From: an uncultured delta proteobacterium
GTDB lineage: Bacteria; Desulfobacterota; Binatia; Binatales; Binataceae
Reading direction: 5' to 3'
Assembly (NCBI GenBank): GCA_963765675.1
Contig: CAVXXK010000001.1
Location: 1,760,001-1,824,000, forward strand
DNA: 64,000 nucleotides
Made by a program: the position numbers and the translations under genes. The notes beneath the pieces were generated by a model. That model was given only the letters and a program-made list of their open reading frames with translations. It did not search any database and had not been told where the DNA came from. Position 1 is the first letter of the stretch; each line of letters begins with the position of its first letter. Positions 20,385 through 29,522 of this stretch are shown here, in pieces.

Positions 20385-21250
20385 AGCGTTCCGACTCTCT
20401 GCCGCGCGACCGCGCGATTCTCGACGCGCTCGAGCGCCATCGCGATCATCATTTTCGCCGCATCCCCACACGCCGTATCAGCGGTGAAAAGAGCGCGCTG
20501 CGATTTATCGAGGATGTCGGCTTCTGCGCCGCGTTCGTCGCGGGACGCGGCGTTCCCTGCTTGCGCGAGGCGATCGTCGGCCAGCGCGAGCCCAAGGTGC
20601 CCGAGCATATCCAGCACGATTACGGAATCGGGATGACCTGGCGGATCAAGGACTCGCTGCCGAAAAAACGTCTCGTGTACTACGGCAAGGTGATCGCGGG
20701 ACGGCCCGGGTTTATCGCGCGCGACCTGCTCGGCGCGTTCCTGCGCCTGAGAATCGCGCCGGGCGGCTATGTGAAGCTGTATCAGCGCGGGATGCTCTCG
20801 CAGTGCGCGAAGCTGGTGATGGACGCACTCACGCGCAAGGGCGCGGCGGAGACTCGCGTGCTGAAGCTCTCGTCGGGTTACGCGCAGCCGAAAGCACGCG
20901 CGGCGTTTGACCGCGCGATGAAAGAGCTGCAGGAAAAATTCCTCGCGCTCAAAGTTGACGAGCTCGACGATCCATTCAGCTACGTGTGGGACACGCTGGA
21001 GCACAGGTGGCCCGACGCGCTGCGCGAGGCGCGCAAGCTCTCGCCGCGCGAGGCCGCCTACCGGATCGTGCGGTGTCATCTGGAGGTGGCCGCCTTCGCG
21101 AGCGAACGCAGCATCGCGCGAATCCTCGGCATCGCGCCGGAGCTGGTGGACGCTGCCCTGCGCAGGCTCGTGCGCGAAAAAGCAGTCGTGCGCGCGATCC
21201 GAATCAAGGACTATCCCGGCGAGCTGACGATCCTCCGCGAGTTCGTGTGA
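20381..21250 (+). CDS. AlkZ/YcaQ-like winged-helix protein (possible crosslink-repair glycosylase relative)
   Basis: ALRFIEDVGF, TWRIKDSLP…VYYGK pattern, C-terminal wHTH; family assignment by recognition only. Confidence 0.55.
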   Translation: MKRSDSLPRDRAILDALERHRDHHFRRIPTRRISGEKSALRFIEDVGFCAAFVAGRGVPCLREAIVGQREPKVPEHIQHDYGIGMTWRIKDSLPKKRLVYYGKVIAGRPGFIARDLLGAFLRLRIAPGGYVKLYQRGMLSQCAKLVMDALTRKGAAETRVLKLSSGYAQPKARAAFDRAMKELQEKFLALKVDELDDPFSYVWDTLEHRWPDALREARKLSPREAAYRIVRCHLEVAAFASERSIARILGIAPELVDAALRRLVREKAVVRAIRIKDYPGELTILREFV

Positions 21251-21255
21251 TCGGC

Positions 21256-21333
21256 AAGCGATTAGTGTAGGAAGGCCTGAGCTGGTTGCACTAATCGCTT
21301 CGCGGAGATCCTTCGCCTACGGCTCAGGATGAC
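21256..21333. repeat. Hairpin plus REP-like repeat, copy 2
   Basis: AAGCGATTAGTG…CACTAATCGCTT inverted repeat; 21288-21333 matches 2993-3038. Confidence 0.8.
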
Positions 21334-21357
21334 ATCGACGGATGGGCGGTTCTGAGT

Positions 21358-21713
21358 GTGTCATTCCCGCGCGTGGCAGCCGCGCGAGGAGTCCGGTACT
21401 CGGCCCTTGGTCTCCGCGCTACTCGCGGATGAGTGCATGGCCGCCTCGGGATTTCTCCCTTCGGTCGAAATGACGATTTGGGGGGTTTAGCTGAGATACG
21501 ACACTTATCCACCGAGACCCATATATTGATCAGCCGCCGAGTCTCACATATTCATCCGCCGTGTCTCCGTCCGTCATTTCGACCGAAGGGAGAAATCCCG
21601 AGGCGTTCATGCGACGGTCCACGCCTCATGCAGCGGCCTTTCGAAATGGGATTTCCTTCGATTCCGCTCAGGACAGGCTCGCGCGCGCGGCAGCCACGCG
21701 CGGGAATGACACA
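21358..21713. repeat. Composite GTCAT-type REP mosaic (BIME-like), long form
   Basis: Outer arms GTCATTCCCGCGCGTGGC / GCCACGCGCGGGAATGAC enclose inner arms GGGATTTCTCCCTTCGGTCGAAATGAC / GTCATTTCGACCGAAGGGAGAAATCCC. Confidence 0.85.
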
Positions 21714-21802
21714 TTGCCATGCGCACTTGTGATGATCCTGAGAATCGTTTTATAGACACAGCTCCGGCGCGCGCGCTGCGCGAACCGAATCTGGAGGTTA
21801 CC

Positions 21803-22735
21803 ATGCCGCTCGATCCAGCCGTCAAAGCGATGCTCGAAAATATGAAGGCCGCGGGTTTTCCCGAACTCGATTCGCTGCCTCCCGTGCAGCTTCGCAAAGT
21901 CACCGCGGAAATGTTCGCCGCGCAGCGTCTCAAGCCCGAGGCGATCGCCCGTGTCGAGGATCGCAAGATTCCCGGTCCCGCCGGGTCGATTCCGGTGCGC
22001 GTTTACACGCCCTCGGGCAACGGCCCGTTTCCGGTGCTGGTGTTTTATCATGGCGGAGGATTCGTGATCGGCGATCTCGACAGCCACGACGGCGTATGCC
22101 GCGCGCTCGCGAATCAGGCGGGATGCGTAGTCGTCGCGATCGATTATCGATTAGCGCCGGAGCACAAGTATCCCGCCGCGGTCGAGGACTGCTTCGCCGC
22201 GACCCGCTACGTCTCAGAGCATCCGGCGGAGTTCAATATCGATCCGAAGCGGCTCGCGGTCGGAGGCGACAGCGCGGGCGGAAATCTCTCGGCGGTAATC
22301 TCGATTCTTGCGCGCGACCGCAAGGCGCCGGCGATCGCGTTTCAGTTGCTGGTCTATCCGGCGACCGACATGGCGTGCGACACCTACTCGCACAAGACCT
22401 TCACCGATTATTTTTTGACCGACCGTTCGATTCGCTATTTCCTTGGCCACTACCTGCGCGACGGCGCGGACAAGAAAGATCCGCAGGCGTCACCCGCGCT
22501 CGCGGCGAATCACAAGGGCCTGCCGCCCGCGCTCATCATCACGGCCGAGTTCGATCCGTTGCGCGATGAGGGCGAGGCGTATTGCGCCAAGCTGAGCGCC
22601 GCCGGCGTTCCCGCGAAGTTCACGCGCTACGACGGGATGATCCACGGCTTCTTCACGATGGGTGAGATGCTGCCGCAGGGAAAGAAAGCGGTTGCCGAGG
22701 CCTCGGCGGCGCTGCGCGCAGCCTTCGCGCGCTAG
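21803..22735 (+). CDS. Alpha/beta hydrolase (HSL-family esterase/lipase)
   Basis: HGGGF, GDSAGG, DPLRDEG, HGF; GGAGG RBS. Confidence 0.93.
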   Translation: MPLDPAVKAMLENMKAAGFPELDSLPPVQLRKVTAEMFAAQRLKPEAIARVEDRKIPGPAGSIPVRVYTPSGNGPFPVLVFYHGGGFVIGDLDSHDGVCRALANQAGCVVVAIDYRLAPEHKYPAAVEDCFAATRYVSEHPAEFNIDPKRLAVGGDSAGGNLSAVISILARDRKAPAIAFQLLVYPATDMACDTYSHKTFTDYFLTDRSIRYFLGHYLRDGADKKDPQASPALAANHKGLPPALIITAEFDPLRDEGEAYCAKLSAAGVPAKFTRYDGMIHGFFTMGEMLPQGKKAVAEASAALRAAFAR

Positions 22736-22745
22736 CGGGCGGGAA

Positions 22746-23483
22746 TCACCACTGCTCGTAGTGGACGGCGCGACGCTCGTAGCCCGCGCCGCGAAACAGA
22801 TCGCGCAGGGCGATCACGCCCTTGCCGACGCCGCAGATATAAAACTGCCGCGTCCGGTTCGTATCGCCGCCGACCCATCGACGATTTCCTTCGTCAAGCA
22901 GGCGGGGATAGAGCTCGGTCTCGGGCGCGATGATCGTCTCGAAATGAAAACCCGGATCGCGCGCCGCGAGCTGCTCGAATTCCGCACGGTAGAGGAGCTG
23001 CTCGGGCGAGGGCGCGGCGTATAGCAGTGTCATCGCCAGATGCGCTCCCGCGCCGGCGCGATGAATCATCGGACGAATCGGCGCGATTCCAGTCGCGATC
23101 GCGATAAAGATGGTCTCCGCCGCCGGGGCTCGTTCAAGCGCGAACGCGCCGAACGGGCCCGAAAATCCGATCGCTTCGCCAACCGCGCGCGCGAACAGCC
23201 ACTGCGCGCCGCGGCCGTTCGCGACCCGATTGAAGCAGATCTCATACGGCGCGCCGTCCTCCGGCTGGGAAGCGATCGAGTACGCCCGCGTGCGGGTCTC
23301 GTCGCCGAGCGGAATCGCAATCGAAATGAACTGGCCGGGCAGGAAGTGGATTTCACTTTTGTCGGCCGTCGCGAGGAACAAGGATCGCGTGTCGGGCGCG
23401 TGATCGAAAATCCGCTCGATCGTCGCGCTCCGCAGCGGCCTGCCGCCCGGTCCGGTCGTCGCGGGCGGAGACTCAGTGCTCAT
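22746..23483 (-). CDS. FAD/NAD(P)-binding ferredoxin reductase-like oxidoreductase
   Basis: FLPGQFI, RAYSIAS, ATGIAP, YICG, C-terminal YEQW. Confidence 0.85.
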   Translation of the reverse strand: MSTESPPATTGPGGRPLRSATIERIFDHAPDTRSLFLATADKSEIHFLPGQFISIAIPLGDETRTRAYSIASQPEDGAPYEICFNRVANGRGAQWLFARAVGEAIGFSGPFGAFALERAPAAETIFIAIATGIAPIRPMIHRAGAGAHLAMTLLYAAPSPEQLLYRAEFEQLAARDPGFHFETIIAPETELYPRLLDEGNRRWVGGDTNRTRQFYICGVGKGVIALRDLFRGAGYERRAVHYEQW

Positions 23484-23850
23484 CGGCGGATTCGCTCGCA
23501 AGGTTGATCGTGAACTTGGGTATCACGACCGTGATCTCGGCCGCAGGATCCTCGACCACTGCCTGGCATCCCAGGCGCGAGGTCGGCGTCAGCCCGGGCG
23601 CTTTGTCGAGCATGTCTTCCTCCTGCTCCTCGGCCTCGCTAAGCCGGTCGCCGCCCTGCTTGATAATCACGTGGCAGGTAGTGCATGCGCAGTTGCCGCC
23701 ACATGCATGTTCGAGATGAATCTTATGGCCGAGCAGGATATCGAGAATCGATCCGGGTTTGCCGTCGTGATGAAACGGCGCCTTGGCCGGGTCGAACTCG
23801 ATGATCCGTTCCGGATCTCCATTTTCAAAAATTACTCTAAGCTTCGCCAT
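23473..23850 (-). CDS. fdx: 2Fe-2S ferredoxin (ISC/adrenodoxin type)
   Basis: HACGGNCACTTCHV…SRLGCQ. Confidence 0.88.
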   Translation of the reverse strand: MAKLRVIFENGDPERIIEFDPAKAPFHHDGKPGSILDILLGHKIHLEHACGGNCACTTCHVIIKQGGDRLSEAEEQEEDMLDKAPGLTPTSRLGCQAVVEDPAAEITVVIPKFTINLASESADEH

Positions 23851-23933
23851 TTCCGTTAAGTTCAAGACTATTGGTCGCGGCGCATCCATGAAACCGGGCA
23901 GTCATTAGACTGACGATAGGCGAATCAGGCGGC

Positions 23934-23962
23934 TTGCGTATTCGCCGTCTTTTCGCCATGAT
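23934..23962 (+). promoter_or_regulatory. Sigma-70 promoter of lexA with candidate LexA box in the spacer
   Basis: TTGCGT-17 bp-CATGAT; spacer contains TTCGCC-N5-TTCGCC (23941-23957). Confidence 0.6.
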
Positions 23963-24001
23963 TAGCCAAACGAGGTCGATGACTTCGGAGGGGACACGCG
24001 A

Positions 24002-24616
24002 ATGACCACGCTTACCAAGCGCCAGAAGCAGATGGTCGATTACCTGGAAAGCTACATCAGCCAGAACGGCTACGCGCCCACGCTGGCCGAGGTCGGGGAA
24101 TATTTCGGACTGTCGTCGCTCGCGACCGTGCACAAGCATCTGCGCAATCTCGAACAGAAAGGATTCATCCGCCGCCAGCACAATCACAGCCGTGCGCTCG
24201 AGATGTCCCCGGTCGACGGCAAGGGCAGCGCGGGTGCGCATCGAATCGTCTTGGCAGGGCAGGTCGCCGCAGGCACACCGATCGAGGCGATTGAAACCTC
24301 GGAGACGATCAGTGTACCGGAAGAATTTATACGGCGTGAAGAAACTTTCTGTCTGCGCGTCAAGGGCGATTCGATGATCGAAGACGGGATTCGCGACGGC
24401 GATTATATAATCGTCGAGTCGCGTGACAGCGCCGACAACGGCGAGACTGTCGTCGCGCTGGTGGGAAACGAAGCCACGGTCAAGAAGCTATACCGTGAGT
24501 CTGACGGCCGCGTGCGCCTACAGCCCGCGAACGCCGCGATGCAACCGATAATGGTCGATCCGGCGGAGCTTGCGATTCGCGGGGTGGTCGTCGGACTGAT
24601 GCGCCATTACCGCTGA
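24002..24616 (+). CDS. lexA: SOS repressor LexA
   Basis: LTKRQKQ…GYAPT, cleavage site VAAG, GDSM serine, ATVKK lysine. Confidence 0.96.
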   Translation: MTTLTKRQKQMVDYLESYISQNGYAPTLAEVGEYFGLSSLATVHKHLRNLEQKGFIRRQHNHSRALEMSPVDGKGSAGAHRIVLAGQVAAGTPIEAIETSETISVPEEFIRREETFCLRVKGDSMIEDGIRDGDYIIVESRDSADNGETVVALVGNEATVKKLYRESDGRVRLQPANAAMQPIMVDPAELAIRGVVVGLMRHYR

Positions 24617-24650
24617 ACCTGGGCGCGGGTGGGTTCGTTCGCGGGCGCGG

Positions 24651-25457
24651 CTAAGCGTTTGCTGCCAGCCGGGAGCGAATTGGAATCCGCACAATAAAAG
24701 TCGAACCTTGACCATGGCCGGTTTCGACCTCGAGCGTCGCATCCAGAGCTTCCAGATTTCGCTTAACCACCGACAAGCCGAGCCCCATTCCGCGGTAGCG
24801 TCGGCGGCTGCTGCTCGAGAGCTGGGCGCATCGCGCGAACGCGGCCTCGATCCGCGAACGATCGATTCCTGGTCCGCTATCGCGGACCCGCAACTCGATT
24901 TCGTGCGGATATTCCGGATCAGGATTAGCGCGGAACGAGATACTGACCGATCCCCGGCCGGTGAACTTGATCGCGTTTGCGGCCAGGTTCAGCACGATCG
25001 CTCGCAGCGGACGATGCCGGATGCGAATTCCTGCCGCCGCGCCGGGCAGATCAACCTCGAGGGCGAGATGCTTCTGATGGTTCGCGGCCTCTAGCGCAGG
25101 CATTATTTCCGCGATCAGATCGCCCAGCTCGATTTCATCGTCGAATTGGGCTTCGGCACCCGCTCCGGCGACCGCGAAATCCAGAACGTTTTCGACCGTT
25201 TGCGCCAGCTCGTAGGCGCTGATGTTGAGACGCTCGATAATCTTGCGCGGGCCCGCGCCGATCTCTCCGGTCAGGTCGTCGCGCAGGATATCCAAATAGC
25301 CGAGCAGGATTTGGATTGGAGTGCGCAACTCGTGCGCGAGATTCGCGAGCGATTCGAGCTGAACTCCGTGGTTCCAGCGACGAGAAACTGTCGCTGCACG
25401 GCGGCCGGATTTGCCAGCGTCGGCATCGAGCGGCCCAACTGGTGAAGAATAGGCCAA
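24651..25457 (-). CDS. Cytoplasmic sensor-less histidine kinase
   Basis: LAHELRTP, NLAANAIKFT, VRDSGPGI, GMGLGL; start uncertain. Confidence 0.82.
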   Translation of the reverse strand: MAYSSPVGPLDADAGKSGRRAATVSRRWNHGVQLESLANLAHELRTPIQILLGYLDILRDDLTGEIGAGPRKIIERLNISAYELAQTVENVLDFAVAGAGAEAQFDDEIELGDLIAEIMPALEAANHQKHLALEVDLPGAAAGIRIRHRPLRAIVLNLAANAIKFTGRGSVSISFRANPDPEYPHEIELRVRDSGPGIDRSRIEAAFARCAQLSSSSRRRYRGMGLGLSVVKRNLEALDATLEVETGHGQGSTFIVRIPIRSRLAANA

Positions 25458-25727
25458 GTTGTTCTTTTACGGCCTTCGCTCGCCTATCCATCAGCCATTT
25501 CAAAATCGGCGAGCTAAATCATTCAGTCGTTTTTGACCGTATGAGAACGCAGTCGGGTGCCCAATCAGAAAAACCCCTAGTGAGATAGGAAAAAGTACCT
25601 AGTAGTGATGCAAAAATAACTTAGACGGATCATTCGATCCTGCGATTTGCCACTGCCGCGGCAAAATTTTGCCGACGCCAGTCGCGAACACTATGAGGCG
25701 TTCAATCCGACGCGCGCGCGGGCTCGA

Positions 25728-25952
25728 TCAGGCGGGCTTGATTGGGTTGTTGTCGGCGGGAGTCGGTGCGGGGGCGGGTTCGGCGGTCTTCTGGACCGGT
25801 TTGGGAGCTTCCTCGTCGTTCATGGCTTTCTTGAAGTCGCGGATCGCCTTTCCCAGAGCTCCGCCTACGTCGCCGAGCTTGCTCGGGCCGAATATCACCA
25901 GCACGATCACCAGGATCACGAGCAGATGCCAGGGAGCTAAGAGATCACCCAT
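25728..25952 (-). CDS. tatA: Twin-arginine translocase TatA
   Basis: PWHLLVILVIVLVIFGPSKLGDVGGALGKAIRDFKK. Confidence 0.92.
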   Translation of the reverse strand: MGDLLAPWHLLVILVIVLVIFGPSKLGDVGGALGKAIRDFKKAMNDEEAPKPVQKTAEPAPAPTPADNNPIKPA

Positions 25953-26033
25953 ATTATTCTCCGGCGGCCGGCAGCGGCCATCCTGCAAAAATTCTATATC
26001 CAGTCTGCCCGCATTGCTATCGGGGCGGTCGCG

Positions 26034-27463
<1,430 letters not shown>

Positions 27464-27467
<4 letters not shown>

Positions 27468-29158
27468 TGCCCGGCCGCCGCGCTCTGCGTCTGGGTTGCG
27501 ATCTCATGCCCCGGCAGCAAGATGGAGATCTTGGTGCCCTTGCCGACTTCGCTATCGACCCGGATAGTTCCCTTGTTGGAGAGAATCAGCCGCTGGCATA
27601 GCGACAATCCGAGCCCCGCGCCCGCGCCCGCGGGTTTGGTGGTGAAGAACGGATCGAACACGCGCTCGATATTTTCGCGCGGAATGCCGATGCCGTTGTC
27701 CTCCACGCGCATCATGATCCGGCGATGCTCGCCGGAAGAGCGGTTTTCGGTAAGGACTCGAATCGCGCCGCCCTGGCTGTGAGTCGCGTCGGCGGCGTTG
27801 TAAAGCAGGTTCAGCAGCACCTGCTGGATCTCGTTGTCGTCGGCAAAGACGGGCATTAACTCAGTAGCCAGGACCGGCTCGACAGTGATCCCGTTGAAGC
27901 GCTTGTCGTAGGTGATGATCCGGAGCGTATCCGTGATCATCTGGTTGATGTTGATCACCTTGTGCTGAGCGGTCGAGGGGCGGGCGAAATTCACCAGGTC
28001 TTTCAGCGTGCCCGAGATACGCGTGATCTGCGAAAGAATCGTGTGCAGGGTAGTGCGGCGCTGCAGGTCGGTCTCCGCGCTCAAGAGCGACTGCACCAGC
28101 GAGGAGATCGACGCGAGCGGATTATTGACCTCGTGCGCGACTCCGGCGGCGAAAGTGCCCGCCGCGGCCAGCCGCTCGGTGCGCAGCAGCGACTCGAGCA
28201 TCTCGCGCCGCTGGGTCACGTCGTGGAGGATCATCTGGATGAACTGCTTATTGCCGTACGAGATCAGTGCCGAGTTCACGTCAACGAAATACGGGCCAAT
28301 CGGCAGATCCAGAGTTTGATCGGAGCCGTTGTTCACCACGTTCTCGAGCGATTTGATCGTGGTCTCGCGCAGTTCGGGAGGCACGAACTCGATCAGCGAC
28401 TTTCCGATCGATTCGTGTTCCTTTTCGTCGCGGAACATGCTGATGGCCGCTGCGTTCATTCGCAGCACCTTCCAGGTGCCGGGCTCGATTTCGTACATCG
28501 GGTCGGGCGCGTGATCGATCGAGTTGCGGTATTTTTCCTCGGACGCACGCAGCAGACGCTCGCGCGATTCGATATAGAACTGCGAGACCATCAGGCGCCG
28601 CTCATCGACCGCCGCGACCACCGCGTTGCGCACCCGCTCCTGCTTCGCCCAATGCATCGACGCCGCGACGTGGTTCAGGATGATCTGTTTGAGGGCGATA
28701 TGGATCGTGTTGAACTGTGAAGGTTTCGACCGCGCCAGCATCCCGTCCTGGCAGTGCCGCCGCAGGTAGATGTAGGTCGTCAGATCGTCGGGTTCGCGCA
28801 GATGGTTGTTGAACCGAATCAGAGAGTTCGACAATGCCTCGTGATGCGCTTGCTGATGATGCTCGTCGAGAGGAGGGGCACCCATGATACTTTGAATCGC
28901 CTGGCTCCATTGCTCCACGATTCCGTCGAAGTGCTCGTCGATCAAATTCGCCGCGGAGGCGCGCGCCTCGAGCGCTTCGGGAGTCCGGCTATAGACATCC
29001 GCACCGAACAGCCGTGCAAGCGTTTGTTCAATCACCAGGAGTTGCTGGCGAACCACTTCGACGTCTTCGTAGGTTGCGATGAGCCCGGCGTCGGTAGGTT
29101 CGCGCTGGACTTTCGACTTCGACACACGACAGCATCCGCAAAGCTTTTGTGCCTTCAT
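27464..29158 (-). CDS. Cytoplasmic histidine kinase with N-terminal globin/RsbR-N-like helical domain and PAS
   Basis: AHEVNNPL, NLLYNA, DNGIGI, FFTTK, GLGL; PAS at SIDHAPDP; N-terminal fold call is inference. Confidence 0.85.
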
Positions 29159-29473
29159 ATACTCGAATCCTTGCGGCTAAGATTCAGGAGCTGGCCGCAA
29201 ATGGGTGGGGTAAGAGCAGGTAAACTGACCGGTCTTTCGCGTGCATATATAACCGCTGCTGTTCCGAGATATAACATTCGCATTTTACCCAATCCAGCGA
29301 TGCGTCGTGGTCGTAGAGGCGATTCTTTGCAGCTTGCGAAGCAACCCTCCTGACCGCAGGGGCGCGATCGCCACGATTAAAAGATAAGTACGAAAACGTT
29401 GAGCGCCATCCCAATTAGGGGAGCTTACCGCCTGTGGAAGGGGGAAAATCCTCGAATTCAGTGGATTATTTGG

Positions 29474-29489
29474 TGGCACGGCTTTGGCT
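29474..29489 (+). promoter_or_regulatory. Sigma-54 (-24/-12) promoter
   Basis: TGGCACGGCTTTGGCT = GG-N10-GC, 34 bp before ATG 29523. Confidence 0.6.
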
Positions 29490-29522
29490 CTGTTTTTCGT
29501 GCGCCAAGGGACCCAGAGCCAG

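Noticed and set aside
21256-21713. CRISPR array in the repeat clusters (also 5424-5681, 37857-38313, 57829-58138)
   Set aside because: The repeats are inverted and nested rather than tandem direct repeats, the spacers are homologous between loci, and no cas genes are present
25574-25610. CCTAGT direct repeats upstream of the small kinase as a regulator site
   Set aside because: Only two short copies; insufficient support without comparative data
29160-29470. Riboswitch or sRNA in the long intergenic region
   Set aside because: No recognisable Rfam-type motif by eye; a cmscan search would be needed
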